64,000 bases of DNA from contig OZ244156.1 in assembly GCA_965216395.1 (NCBI GenBank), forward strand, positions 1,201,679-1,265,678. The letters are read 5' to 3'. Every line of letters starts with the position of its first letter. Position 1 is the first letter of the stretch. Below, one piece after another: positions 9,503 through 19,999 of the stretch. This stretch comes from Alphaproteobacteria bacterium. GTDB taxonomy: Bacteria; Pseudomonadota; Alphaproteobacteria; Micavibrionales; SZUA-601. The translations under genes were made by a program, and so were the position numbers. The notes beneath the pieces were generated by a model that was not told where the DNA came from, did not search any database, and saw only the letters and a program-made list of their open reading frames with translations.

Positions 9503-10218
9503 CCGTTCTCATCACACGCGCAAGAATTGATCTTGAAAAAACTTGTCTCTTTTTACAGAAACATCAGATTGATTTTTATTGTGACCCAATGATTGAGATT
9601 GATTTATTTGATAAAAAAAATATCTCCTATCCTTTAGATGTCGAACATATCATTTTTACCAGTAAAAATGGGGTACGTGGCTTTTGCCAGAATGATAAAA
9701 ATCGACAATTCACCGCTTGGTGTGTTGGTGATGAGACAGCTGAATTGGCAAGAAAACATGGGTTTAAAGAGGTGCATTCGGCCTCTGGTAACGCGCAAAA
9801 TCTCTATGATTTAATTGTTACGAAAAGCCCTTCACAAAAATTCCTTCGAGTCGCACGACTTAATCAAAAAGATGTTTTGACAGAAAAATTGACTCAAAAA
9901 GGCTATGTGATTACGTCACTTCCCCTTTATAAAACAGTTCATACCTCAAACCTTAATACGCATACAAGACAGGCTATAGAACAACAAAAAATCCAACATA
10001 TTCTTTTTTATTCACCCAAAACAGCGCATATTACAATGGATAACATAGTAAGGGCAAATTTGCAGAATGCTTGCCGTGATATGGCTGTATGGTGTATAAG
10101 TAATCATACAGCAAAAGTTCTTAAACCTTTTTCTTTTAAGGAGGTTATTGTTGCTGGCGCCCCGAATGAGCGAGACTTACTAGAACCTTTAGTGAAAAGG
10201 ATAAAATTGAATGAGTGA
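9499..10218 (+). CDS. hemD: Uroporphyrinogen-III synthase
   Basis: VLITR, IFTSKNGV, VGDETA, LYKT, FYSPKTA; ATGA overlap with hemC. Confidence 0.88.
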   Translation: MTVLITRARIDLEKTCLFLQKHQIDFYCDPMIEIDLFDKKNISYPLDVEHIIFTSKNGVRGFCQNDKNRQFTAWCVGDETAELARKHGFKEVHSASGNAQNLYDLIVTKSPSQKFLRVARLNQKDVLTEKLTQKGYVITSLPLYKTVHTSNLNTHTRQAIEQQKIQHILFYSPKTAHITMDNIVRANLQNACRDMAVWCISNHTAKVLKPFSFKEVIVAGAPNERDLLEPLVKRIKLNE

Positions 10219-11314
10219 AAAAACCGACACTAAAAAGCCGCAGAAAAAAAATAAAACGATGGATCGTAACAGTCTTTCTTATTGGACACTTATTTCAACA
10301 GCCATGATGGGCGCGGGTGTCGTTGTTTTTGTTTTACTGGTTATCGTTTTTTTTGCACCAGAAGTATTTACAGTTAATTTACCTGAACCACCAGCAGTGA
10401 CGGAACGTGTTGATAAAATCTCAACGAAAGTTTCACAATTGGATCAAAAAATTGATCATATTGAACAAACAACTCAAAAAATTGAAACAAAAACACTAAA
10501 TAACCGTCTTAATAGCTTAGAAAATCAACTCAACACACTTTCATATTCAACCGAAAAAATGAAAAATGCTGTACATGGTCTTAATAAAATTAGACAAGAT
10601 TTTCAAAATGATGGTGACATTATCCATACCGTAAGCCAGATCAGCGAATTAGTCACGACACTCGATCATCGCGTAGAAACCATTCAATCTGAAAATCAAG
10701 AAATTAAATCCAATATCGCGCAATTTGACAATCAAGAAGAGCTTAATGCCGTCAGCATGTTACTTGTTGCCGCACAATTTGAAGGGTCGGTTAATCAAAA
10801 CATGCCCTTTGCAGAAGAATTAGAAGCGATCAAATCATTATTTAATATGGATGAAGAAGCACAACAAGCGCTTACGAAATTACAGCCTTTTTCAACGCAA
10901 GGCGTGCCCGACAAACAGATGTTACTTAATGAATTAAATAGTATCAGTGATGATTTAATCAAAGCAGCAATTGCGGATGATCGCACAACAGTGCGTAACA
11001 CATTAAAAAATAAATTGGGAAAATATGTTAAAATTTACCAAGAAAACGGTATTTTGCCCGTCGATGACGTGCGCGCTATCATAAATCGAGCCAGACAAAA
11101 TATTGAAAATGGTGATATTGATCAAGCCATTGTTGCCTTAAGTGAAATTAAAGGACCAGCAGCATCTATCATTGAGCCCTTTTTCGATGAAGCACAGGCT
11201 CGTGTTATTGCAGAACGTCTGTCCAAAAAGCTTTCTAAAAAAGCCGTAGAATTTGTTAAGGATGCGCAGATTGGCTCTACAGGTAACATGTCACCTGTCA
11301 AAAATCTTTACTAA
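10211..11314 (+). CDS. COG4223 / mitofilin-domain membrane protein (alphaproteobacterial Mic60 homolog)
   Basis: N-terminal TM helix, long coiled coil, PFAEEL..GVP, C-terminal AIINRARQNIENGDIDQA mitofilin-like motif; lies between hemD and hemY. Confidence 0.8.
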   Translation: MSEKTDTKKPQKKNKTMDRNSLSYWTLISTAMMGAGVVVFVLLVIVFFAPEVFTVNLPEPPAVTERVDKISTKVSQLDQKIDHIEQTTQKIETKTLNNRLNSLENQLNTLSYSTEKMKNAVHGLNKIRQDFQNDGDIIHTVSQISELVTTLDHRVETIQSENQEIKSNIAQFDNQEELNAVSMLLVAAQFEGSVNQNMPFAEELEAIKSLFNMDEEAQQALTKLQPFSTQGVPDKQMLLNELNSISDDLIKAAIADDRTTVRNTLKNKLGKYVKIYQENGILPVDDVRAIINRARQNIENGDIDQAIVALSEIKGPAASIIEPFFDEAQARVIAERLSKKLSKKAVEFVKDAQIGSTGNMSPVKNLY

Positions 11315-11333
11315 AAACTAGGTTTTAAACAAA

Positions 11334-12698
11334 ATGAAAATATTAAAAACAGCTTGGCTTTTTATTAAATTACTTATTCTGGGGTATCTTATCTTCTGGT
11401 TTATGAACAGACCCGGAACAGTTAATATTCAATGGCAAGGGTGGATTATTGAAACCAGTGTTGGTTTTATCATAGCCTGTATTACTGTCATTACAGCTGT
11501 TATTGCCGTTTTATATCACTGGTGGCGTCATCTTATTTCTTTACCAAAAGCTTGGCGTAATTATCACCAAGAACAACAAAAGAACAAAGGATTTCAAGCT
11601 GTTACACGTGGGCTTCTGGCTGTGGCTGCGGGTGACCAATTGACCGCGTCACGACAAGCAAAAAGAGCCGACCACCTTCTATCGGATAAACCATTAACAA
11701 AATTATTAAACGCCCAAGCTGCCCTTATGGAAGGGGATGAAGCCAAAGCACGACATCATTTCACCTCTCTCTTAGAAGATCCAGAAGGTTCCTTCTTTGG
11801 TATTCGTGGTTTATTAACCAATGCATTAAGTAAAGGCCACAAAGACGAAGCTCTTAATATGGCACGTAAAGCATATGAAAAGGAACCGAAAAGAGGATGG
11901 ATCATTCGCGTTCTTTTTGATTTAGAAACACAGGCTAAAAACTGGCAAAAAGCCCAAGAATTAATCCCTAAAGCACTCAAATATGATGCAATGACAAAGC
12001 AAGAGGTCAATCAAAATCAAGCCGCTCTATGGATTGCTCAAAGCATAGAAATAGAGGAAGATATACTTGATGAAGCCATAAAATTAGCGACTAAAGCATA
12101 CCACAAATCAAACCATTTTATTCCGGCAATCATTCATTTAGCACGCCTGTATCTCAAAAATGACCAAAATAAAAAAGCTGAAAAGCTACTGCTTAAATCA
12201 TGGAAAAATACCCCGCATCCTGACTTAGCTCAACTATGGATGAATATGTCGAAAAACCGCCTTCCGCTTGATCAAGTTAAGTGGGCCGAAAAACTAATCC
12301 GTAACGCCCCTAATCATATTGAAAGCCGTCTCATTTTAGCGCAAACAGCTATGCAAGCTTCTCTATGGGGTGTGGCCAGAACACAATTATTATCTGCTAA
12401 AAGAGAAAACCCCAGCAAAAGAGTTTATCAAATGTTAGCGCGCTTAGAAAAGAAAGAAAAACAAGATGAGAAAAGCGCACGACAATGGTTAGAAAAAAGA
12501 GACAATGCTAGTCAAGATAAAACTTGGATATGCGAGAGCACAGGCGCGATAATGGATCAGTGGTATCCCATTTGCCCAATCAATGGCACATTTAATACCA
12601 TCCGATGGTCTCATCCAGATCAAAACTTAAATGCGAAAGATTTAGTCGGTCAAGATAATATTATTCCTCTTTCTGTTTTAGAAAATAATATCGTCTAA
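11334..12698 (+). CDS. hemY: HemY N-terminal domain / TPR membrane protein
   Basis: Two TM helices with PGTVNIQWQGWIIETS, RGLLAVAAGD, PHPDL, C-terminal WICE..W.PICP. Confidence 0.85.
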   Translation: MKILKTAWLFIKLLILGYLIFWFMNRPGTVNIQWQGWIIETSVGFIIACITVITAVIAVLYHWWRHLISLPKAWRNYHQEQQKNKGFQAVTRGLLAVAAGDQLTASRQAKRADHLLSDKPLTKLLNAQAALMEGDEAKARHHFTSLLEDPEGSFFGIRGLLTNALSKGHKDEALNMARKAYEKEPKRGWIIRVLFDLETQAKNWQKAQELIPKALKYDAMTKQEVNQNQAALWIAQSIEIEEDILDEAIKLATKAYHKSNHFIPAIIHLARLYLKNDQNKKAEKLLLKSWKNTPHPDLAQLWMNMSKNRLPLDQVKWAEKLIRNAPNHIESRLILAQTAMQASLWGVARTQLLSAKRENPSKRVYQMLARLEKKEKQDEKSARQWLEKRDNASQDKTWICESTGAIMDQWYPICPINGTFNTIRWSHPDQNLNAKDLVGQDNIIPLSVLENNIV

Positions 12699-12711
12699 AA
12701 ACGTATAAAAA

Positions 12712-13233
12712 TTATGGCCAAATTGAAATGGGGGTACCATCATCAACCAACGCCCATATTTCTTGCATCTCTTGGTTATTCACGGCAATACACCCATCCG
12801 TCCAATCTTTATATGGATGGCCAATCTCTTTTGGCTTTTTCACACCATTAGGCAGCCCATGTATCATGATCGCATCACCCGCATTAAGACCAAGACTGTT
12901 GGCCACTTCTTGATCAACCGGATCCGGATAAGAAACATTGATGGATAAATGATATTTGCTATATGGATTGCGCCATGCAAGCGTATAATTGCCTTCAGGC
13001 GTACGGCTATCACCCATGTGGATTTTATGCCCCTTAGGATTTTTCCCTAAAGCCACGCGATATTCACGAATGACATGACCATTACGTAAAAGCTGCATAA
13101 TTCGCTTCGCTTTATAAACAATAACCTGATCCGCTTTTAAATAAGCATGATTTTCCAGTGAAGCAAAAGCGGGACTTAAAAAAATAAAAATCCCAAAAAT
13201 AAATAAGATAAATGATAAAAGATATTTTTTCAT
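12712..13233 (-). CDS. L,D-transpeptidase (YkuD) family protein
   Basis: Signal peptide, GDSRTPEG, IMIHG, WTDGCIAV catalytic motif. Confidence 0.9.
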   Translation of the reverse strand: MKKYLLSFILFIFGIFIFLSPAFASLENHAYLKADQVIVYKAKRIMQLLRNGHVIREYRVALGKNPKGHKIHMGDSRTPEGNYTLAWRNPYSKYHLSINVSYPDPVDQEVANSLGLNAGDAIMIHGLPNGVKKPKEIGHPYKDWTDGCIAVNNQEMQEIWALVDDGTPISIWP

Positions 13234-13312
13234 GTTATTATCTATTCATTGAATTTATAATATTAAATTAATTATTGTTTATAGCTAACTCAAAAAGAAT
13301 CGTAGAATATTT

Positions 13313-14212
13313 ATGAATTTATGCAAGCTAAAATATCTGTTAATTGCTGTCACTTTCATGTCTTTTAATATGACGGCGCAGGCGGATGAAATTAATTATA
13401 TTGGTCAAGAAGAACAAATCAAAGCAAAACAACAAGATACCTTAGTTGATCTGGCTGTAACCCATGAAATTGGATATGTAGAGTTACTGGCCGCAAATCC
13501 TGGTGTCGATGCTTGGGTACCAGGAAAAGGCCAAAAGCTTATTTTGCCAAAAAAACATCTTTTACCTGATGTTGAAAGAAAAGGTCTTGTGATCAATTTG
13601 GCCGAGTTAAGACTTTACTATTTTCCCGAAGATGAAAGTAAAATGGTTACATTTCCCATTGGTATTGGACGAGACGGATTTGATACACCCAGCGGTAACA
13701 CACATATCCGACATAAAACTGCCAATCCTAAATGGCGTCCAACACCACGCATGCGAGAAGAAAATCCTGATTTACCAGAGGTCGTTGAGTCAGGTCCTGA
13801 CAATCCCCTTGGCTATCATGCGCTTTACCTCAATTGGCCCGCTTATTTGATCCATGGAACACAAAAACCTAATGGCATTGGCCGGCGCGTAAGCTCGGGA
13901 TGTATCCGAATGTATGCGGAACATATCAAATGGCTGTATGAAAATATACCCACCCAAACATCTGTGCATGTTATTAACGAAGATGTGAAAATGGGCTGGG
14001 TTGAAAATGAATTTTACCTTGAAGCACAACCAAGCGATGAACAAGTTGATGAAATAGAATATTTAGGCAAAATAGAGACAGTTCATATTCCCAACGGCAT
14101 AGTAAAAAAAATTGAGAAACGTATCGGCGATCAAAAAGATCGTATTGATTGGAAAAAGGTGCGTAACGTTTTAATCGAACGCAGTGGCAGGCCTGAAAAA
14201 ATAACACTCTAA
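13313..14212 (+). CDS. L,D-transpeptidase, ErfK/YcfS/YnhG type
   Basis: Signal peptide, LysM-like ANPGVD, INLAELRLYY, GPDNPLG, YLIHGT, SSGCIRM. Confidence 0.92.
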   Translation: MNLCKLKYLLIAVTFMSFNMTAQADEINYIGQEEQIKAKQQDTLVDLAVTHEIGYVELLAANPGVDAWVPGKGQKLILPKKHLLPDVERKGLVINLAELRLYYFPEDESKMVTFPIGIGRDGFDTPSGNTHIRHKTANPKWRPTPRMREENPDLPEVVESGPDNPLGYHALYLNWPAYLIHGTQKPNGIGRRVSSGCIRMYAEHIKWLYENIPTQTSVHVINEDVKMGWVENEFYLEAQPSDEQVDEIEYLGKIETVHIPNGIVKKIEKRIGDQKDRIDWKKVRNVLIERSGRPEKITL

Positions 14213-14222
14213 GCTCAAAATA

Positions 14223-15011
14223 TTAATGATTGGGGAGTTTAATTTCACTTGTTTTAAGTATTTGGGCTAGTGATTTTTCCGCGCTACCTGGGCGGAGCGG
14301 TTTTTGTTGTGAGACATCCGGCGACCAACCAATCACATATAACACTTCGAATTGAGCATAAAGCCGCCCTGTTTCATCACAATAATGATCGTGATAATAT
14401 TCTTGAACACGATTCCAAAACCCGCGGCCAAGATATTTCTTTGATCTTTTAACTAAGCAATTCGTTTGTGCCATTCCGCGCAAATCATAAATTAGTTTAA
14501 AAATGTGATCATAACTGACCTTAATTATCTCACGATCAATGACTGGAAGGGCAAAACCACTGCGCTGCATAAGCGCGCCCATATCACGCATATCAATAAA
14601 GGGGGCGATACGGGCACTCACTCCGCCGAATATTTCCATTTCAACAGCCATTAATGTTTGCCGCAATTCATCAAGTGTTTGACCACCTAAAAGACTTGCA
14701 ATAAAAACAGCATCAGGTTTAAGATTCTTTCGAATCTGATAAAGCCGACCTGGTAAATCATTGACCCAATGCAAAGATAAATTACTTGTCAAACAGTCAA
14801 TTTTTTGATCCGATAATTTGAGCGGGCGATCATCGGATAAACTATTAATAATTTGATCGAGATTATAGGGATTTGAAAATACTCTCTTAATATCTTGAAT
14901 ACGATCGTCAATTTGTTTTTGACAGTGGTCATATAAAAACTGAAAATCGCCTGCCATTTTTTTGGCACGCGCATGATGTAACATTCGTAATTTTTGATCA
15001 AAAATAATCAT
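14223..15011 (-). CDS. BioC/NDUFAF5-like SAM-methyltransferase-fold protein (motif I region deleted)
   Basis: SNLSLHWVNDLPG, TLDELR, GALMQRSGFALPVID, SQQKPLRPGSA; ATG 15011 (MIIFD) is the likely start. Confidence 0.85.
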   Translation of the reverse strand: MIIFDQKLRMLHHARAKKMAGDFQFLYDHCQKQIDDRIQDIKRVFSNPYNLDQIINSLSDDRPLKLSDQKIDCLTSNLSLHWVNDLPGRLYQIRKNLKPDAVFIASLLGGQTLDELRQTLMAVEMEIFGGVSARIAPFIDMRDMGALMQRSGFALPVIDREIIKVSYDHIFKLIYDLRGMAQTNCLVKRSKKYLGRGFWNRVQEYYHDHYCDETGRLYAQFEVLYVIGWSPDVSQQKPLRPGSAEKSLAQILKTSEIKLPNH

Positions 15012-15188
15012 CTCATTTATATATGTAGCGTAATCAATTTGGTTTTCAGTTGACCCTATGGGTTTATCAGTATAGCTTTTAATTGTAACTTCAAGCGAGT
15101 TCAAACGAATTATACAATGATTTTCATGACTGATGACAGTTAAAAAAATCGAATATGAACGATGATGAAATGAAAGAAAGGGTCCATC

Positions 15189-15509
15189 ATGTCCAGTGTA
15201 AAAATTAGTGACGAAAATTTTGAAAACGATGTTTTAAAATCAAGCAAACCAGTTGTGGTTGATTTCTGGGCTGAATGGTGTGGTCCATGTCGTGCACTCT
15301 CACCTGTTTTAGATGAAGTTGCTACAGAATTAGGATCAGAAGTTACGATTGCTAAAATAAATGTTGATGAAAATCCATTAACACCTTCAAAATATGGTGT
15401 ACGGGGCATTCCAACTTTGATGATTTTTAAAGATGGTGAATTAAAAGAAACACGTGTTGGTTCATTACCAAAAAATGATTTGGTAAAATGGATTCAAGAT
15501 AATTCATAA
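15189..15509 (+). CDS. trxA: Thioredoxin
   Basis: DFWAEWCGPC, YGVRGIPTL. Confidence 0.97.
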   Translation: MSSVKISDENFENDVLKSSKPVVVDFWAEWCGPCRALSPVLDEVATELGSEVTIAKINVDENPLTPSKYGVRGIPTLMIFKDGELKETRVGSLPKNDLVKWIQDNS

Positions 15510-15526
15510 ATAAAGATTTTTAATTA

Positions 15527-16657
15527 TTAAAAGCGTCGCTTACGAGGGGCGCTTTTTTCTTTTGTAAAAACACCAACAACTTCAATATGGTCAGACCAGA
15601 TGAACTGATCCACCATAGTAACCGTTTTTAATTTATAGCCAGCATCCATCAAAACACGGCTGTCACGTGCAAAACTTTTCAGATAACAAGAAACATAAAC
15701 CAATAATGGCATGTTTGATTGAGATAAGTGATGGGCTTGTTGTAACATACCTTTACGCGGAGGGTCGACAATAACCATATCAAATTCATTAAGCTCTTTG
15801 CGCGTTAGCGGTAATTCAAATAAATTTCTATGCACCGCGGTTAAACGACTAAGATCATGATTCTTAACCGCATGGTTATAGGCATTGATAGCAGGCAAAA
15901 AACTATCATAACCAATGATTTTTTTAACCTGTTTCAGCTTCGCAAAAGGAAAGCTAAACGTACCAATACCACAGAATAAATCAGCTATTTTTTTAGGCTT
16001 ATATTGAAAAATCTCTTTCGCAACAATTTCTTGTAAACGTATCTCACTCTCGTGACTTGATTGTAAAAACCCTCCCACTGGAAATGGTACAAGAATATCT
16101 GAAATTTTTTTATCAAAAGGTTCCAAAGAGATGATAATCTCTGGTTCTTGCGTTTTAATTTGTTGAGCGATCCGCGCAATCTTATGCTTATGAGCAAATT
16201 GAGAAATAATTTGACGGTTTTCTAATGAGAAGGGATGATCCCGCAAGAATAATATGCCAATCTGCTGATCCAGAACGGTAATTTGAAGAGATAAGCGATC
16301 CCGAAATTGAAGAATTTGTTCAAGAAGAATGCGAATAGGTTCAAGCAATGAAAATAATTCAGGCTTTAAAACACGGCACTGATGCATATCGATAACATGA
16401 TGTGACCGTTTTTTGTGAAAACCCAATTCCAGTTTTTGATTGGTTTTAATCGCATGAAGGCGCGCGCGCCAGCGGGTTTTTTCTGGAACCATAAAAGATG
16501 GCTCTAAGGTAAAATTTTTAATCCCCTGTTGCGAGAGTAATTTTAAAACCTGATCTTCTTTAAATTTTTGATAGACCTGTATATCAAAATGTTGATATTG
16601 ACATCCACCACATCCCTGTTTTGGATCCTCATTAAAATGTCGACATATCATATTCAT
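15527..16657 (-). CDS. RlmD/TrmA-family RNA (uracil-5)-methyltransferase, no TRAM domain
   Basis: CRHF..CGGCQYQH Fe-S motif, FLQ, DLFCGIGTF, VDPPRKG, YVSC, DQF..HIE. Confidence 0.88.
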   Translation of the reverse strand: MNMICRHFNEDPKQGCGGCQYQHFDIQVYQKFKEDQVLKLLSQQGIKNFTLEPSFMVPEKTRWRARLHAIKTNQKLELGFHKKRSHHVIDMHQCRVLKPELFSLLEPIRILLEQILQFRDRLSLQITVLDQQIGILFLRDHPFSLENRQIISQFAHKHKIARIAQQIKTQEPEIIISLEPFDKKISDILVPFPVGGFLQSSHESEIRLQEIVAKEIFQYKPKKIADLFCGIGTFSFPFAKLKQVKKIIGYDSFLPAINAYNHAVKNHDLSRLTAVHRNLFELPLTRKELNEFDMVIVDPPRKGMLQQAHHLSQSNMPLLVYVSCYLKSFARDSRVLMDAGYKLKTVTMVDQFIWSDHIEVVGVFTKEKSAPRKRRF

Positions 16658-16717
16658 TTTATTTTCATTGATCATTACAGTTGGAAGATGCACAATTTTA
16701 TGGCATAAAACAAGACC

Positions 16718-17581
16718 ATGATGAAGCTCAAAGAAAAATTAATTAAAACACCATTATTCGGCACGCCTCTGATTTTAATACATAAAGTATTAAAACGCAT
16801 TATGAATGAGAATTTATCTTTTTTGGCCGGTGGCGTGGCTTTTTACTCTCTTTTATCTGTATTTCCCGCCATGACGGCTCTGATTTCACTTTATGGGCTC
16901 ATTGCTGATGTGAATGATGTTTATAGTCAATTAGAAAATGTGGAGCGCTTTTTTCCAACAGATGCTTATATTATTCTCAGTGAACAACTGAGTGATATTG
17001 CTATGCAATCAGATCAAAGTTTAAGTATTGCGATGATCATTGGTTTATTGATTACATTCTTTTCAGCCGCACGGGGCATCAAAGCCATGGTCGCTGCTAT
17101 GAATATGATTTACAAAGTCAGGGAAACACGTAAATGGCTCAAACGTAATGCCATTGCTTATGTTTTAACGATCGGCGCGATTAGCAGCATGGCCGCAGCG
17201 ATTTTCACAATTGTTGCCATTCCTTTACTTATTAAACTAATGAATTTGCCAGAATTTATAACAGATCAAATCAATTATGCACGTTGGTTCATTTTGGGTA
17301 GTGTCATATGGCTTGGTTTGGTTTTATTATTTCGTTATGGCCCTTCTCGTAAGGCTAAGAGATGGATATCAATGATGATTGGTGCTGGGTGTTCAACTAT
17401 TTTATGGATTATAATGAGCATTGGCTTTTCAAAATTTGTGGAGATCTTTCCATCTTTTAATAATATTTATGGCTCGCTCAGCGCCATCGTTATTTTGATG
17501 TTCTGGTTTTTTTTGACGGCATATGCCATTTTAGCCGGCGTATCTATTAACGCTGTTTTAGAAGATTATTTGGATATTTAA
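16718..17581 (+). CDS. YihY/virulence factor BrkB family membrane protein
   Basis: AGGVAFYSLLSVFP, multiple TM helices, IYGSLSAIVILMFW. Confidence 0.92.
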   Translation: MMKLKEKLIKTPLFGTPLILIHKVLKRIMNENLSFLAGGVAFYSLLSVFPAMTALISLYGLIADVNDVYSQLENVERFFPTDAYIILSEQLSDIAMQSDQSLSIAMIIGLLITFFSAARGIKAMVAAMNMIYKVRETRKWLKRNAIAYVLTIGAISSMAAAIFTIVAIPLLIKLMNLPEFITDQINYARWFILGSVIWLGLVLLFRYGPSRKAKRWISMMIGAGCSTILWIIMSIGFSKFVEIFPSFNNIYGSLSAIVILMFWFFLTAYAILAGVSINAVLEDYLDI

Positions 17582-17584
17582 ACC

Positions 17585-18574
17585 ATGATACAAAACGCAA
17601 ATCCCACAACGATTGCTGAAGCTGCCCGGTTAATTAACGCCGGTGAACTTGTTGCATTCCCGACCGAAACTGTATATGGGCTGGGCGGTGATGCCACCAA
17701 TATTGAGGCGGTCGCAAAGATTTATGCTTTAAAAAATCGACCAGAATTCAATCCCTTGATTATTCATGCTGCCGATCTGGATATGGCTCAAAAAATTGCT
17801 ATATTTAATGAAAAAGCGCTTTCTTTAGCTGAAGCATTATGGCCAGGCCCACTTACACTTATCTTAGAAAAATGTACGGATTGCCCTTTTGAAATACCTG
17901 ATATTACAACAGCAGGACTGAAAACCGTTGCGCTACGTATTCCGTCTAATAAAATAGCGCGTGACCTTATCGCACAATCAGGCAAACCAATTGCCGCACC
18001 CAGTGCGAATATATCGGGAGGAACGAGTTCAACGACCGCTTTTCATGTGATAGAAAGCTTTGGCAACAAAGCGCCTTATATATTAGCAGGCGGACGATGT
18101 GATGTAGGTCTTGAATCAACCATTGTTGATTTAAGTATTGCACAACCCAAAATTTTACGTCCCGGCTTTATCACAATCGATGATTTAACCCCATTCATTG
18201 GCATGGTCAGTTTTGCCAATCATTCTGAACATGTTAAATCACCAGGCCAGTTACAAAAACATTATGCAACGAAAACCCCCATTCGACTTAATGCTGTTGA
18301 TGTTAAGAATGATGAAGTTTTGCTTGCCTTTGGTAAAACACAATTTTTGGCGCATGAAAAATATGGTGGGGCTAAGGATATGCCAGATCATATGATTAGA
18401 AATCTTTCTGAAAATGGTGACCTTTATGAAGCTGCGAATAATCTTTTTTCTTACATGCGTGAGCTAGACAAACTAGATGCTAAAAAAATTGCCGTGATGC
18501 CAATACCCGAGGTTCATATTGGAATTGCCATTAATGATCGGTTACGCCGCGCCGCCTTTCAAGAGAATGGTTAA
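17585..18574 (+). CDS. sua5: L-threonylcarbamoyladenylate synthase (Sua5 type)
   Basis: AFPTETVYGLG, KNRPEFNPLI, AAPSAN, GLESTI, PGQLQKHYA, INDRLRRAA. Confidence 0.95.
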   Translation: MIQNANPTTIAEAARLINAGELVAFPTETVYGLGGDATNIEAVAKIYALKNRPEFNPLIIHAADLDMAQKIAIFNEKALSLAEALWPGPLTLILEKCTDCPFEIPDITTAGLKTVALRIPSNKIARDLIAQSGKPIAAPSANISGGTSSTTAFHVIESFGNKAPYILAGGRCDVGLESTIVDLSIAQPKILRPGFITIDDLTPFIGMVSFANHSEHVKSPGQLQKHYATKTPIRLNAVDVKNDEVLLAFGKTQFLAHEKYGGAKDMPDHMIRNLSENGDLYEAANNLFSYMRELDKLDAKKIAVMPIPEVHIGIAINDRLRRAAFQENG

Positions 18575-18577
18575 AAC

Positions 18578-19999
18578 ATGTCTGATTCATTCATTGATAA
18601 ACTTGTCAATATTGTTGGCCAAAAATATTTGGTCACAGACCATGATCTTTTAGAACCTTATATTCGTGAATATCGTGGTCGATATATTGGAAAGGCCTTA
18701 GCTGTCGTAAAACCATGTGATACAAAAGAAGTATCAGAGATTGTTCAATTATGCGATCAACATGCGGTTCAGATTGTACCACAAGGTGGCAATACATCGC
18801 TGGTTGGCGGCTCTATCAGTTATAACAAAAACACGCTGATTATTAATTTATCACGTCTCAACGATATTCGAGATATTGACGTAGAAAATTTTTCTATCAC
18901 AGTCGGGGCTGGATGTATTCTGTCTACCGTTCAAAAAACAGCTGATGATCATGATTTATATTTTCCCATGACACTCGGATCACAAGGTTCATGTCAAATT
19001 GGTGGAAATATTGCCAGTAATGCGGGCGGCATGTTGACAGTAAAATACGGGAATATGCGCGATTTGGTTTTAGGGTTAGAGGTTGTCTTACCCAGTGGTG
19101 AGATCTGGCATGGTTTGCGTCGTTTACGAAAAGACAATACAGGCTATGATCTCAAACATTTATTTATTGGTAGCGAAGGAAGTTTAGGAATTATCACAGC
19201 AGCTGTTCTAAAACTTTATTCCAAACCCACAAGACATGAAACATTTTTTGCTGGTCTTAAAACACCTAATCAAGCCGTGACCTTTTTCAAGCAATGTCGA
19301 AAACAATTGGGCGAACAGATTCTTGCTTTCGAACTCATTCCCCGTCTTGGAATTGACCTTTCATTAAAACATGTAAAAAATGTGATTGATCCTCTTAATG
19401 AAAAATATCCTTGGTATGTTTTGTGCGAATTTGTTGAAAACAAATCAGAAAATGAAACACTGCGAACAAAAAGCGAAGCTCTGCTCAGTGCGCTTTTAGA
19501 AAATGACATTATTTGTGATGGCGTCTTTGCAGAAACAGAAGTTCAAAGAAAGCAATTATGGTTCATTCGCGAGGCCATCACCGAAGCCGAACGTATGGAA
19601 GGCGCATCGATTAAACATGATATTTCTGTACCTATTTCTAAAATACCAGAATTTTTAACGCGTGCGACAACATGCGTACAAAACATAATGCCCGATATTC
19701 GCCCTGTGCCTTTTGGTCATTTAGGAGATGGCAATTTACATTTCAACTTAACTCAGCCAAAAAATATGAAACATGATATATTTTTAGAATATTGGGATTC
19801 AATCAATCAAAAAGTTCATGATATTGTTGACGACTTGGGTGGTTCTATTGCTGCTGAGCACGGGATCGGCACTTTTAAACGAGATGAATTAGCAAGACGC
19901 AAATCTAATCTTGAAATAGATTTAATGCGTCAAATTAAAAAAACGCTTGATCCCAACGACATCATGAACCCAGATGTTATTTTAAAAACGAATCAATAA
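18578..19999 (+). CDS. FAD-linked oxidoreductase (D-2-hydroxyglutarate/D-lactate dehydrogenase-like)
   Basis: PQGGNTSLVGG, GGNIASNAGG, KDNTGYDLKHLFIGSEG, GHLGDGNLH, AEHGIG. Confidence 0.9.
   Translation: MSDSFIDKLVNIVGQKYLVTDHDLLEPYIREYRGRYIGKALAVVKPCDTKEVSEIVQLCDQHAVQIVPQGGNTSLVGGSISYNKNTLIINLSRLNDIRDIDVENFSITVGAGCILSTVQKTADDHDLYFPMTLGSQGSCQIGGNIASNAGGMLTVKYGNMRDLVLGLEVVLPSGEIWHGLRRLRKDNTGYDLKHLFIGSEGSLGIITAAVLKLYSKPTRHETFFAGLKTPNQAVTFFKQCRKQLGEQILAFELIPRLGIDLSLKHVKNVIDPLNEKYPWYVLCEFVENKSENETLRTKSEALLSALLENDIICDGVFAETEVQRKQLWFIREAITEAERMEGASIKHDISVPISKIPEFLTRATTCVQNIMPDIRPVPFGHLGDGNLHFNLTQPKNMKHDIFLEYWDSINQKVHDIVDDLGGSIAAEHGIGTFKRDELARRKSNLEIDLMRQIKKTLDPNDIMNPDVILKTNQ

Noticed and set aside
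15140-15409. 89-aa antisense ORF over trxA
   Set aside because: Antisense shadow of a highly conserved gene
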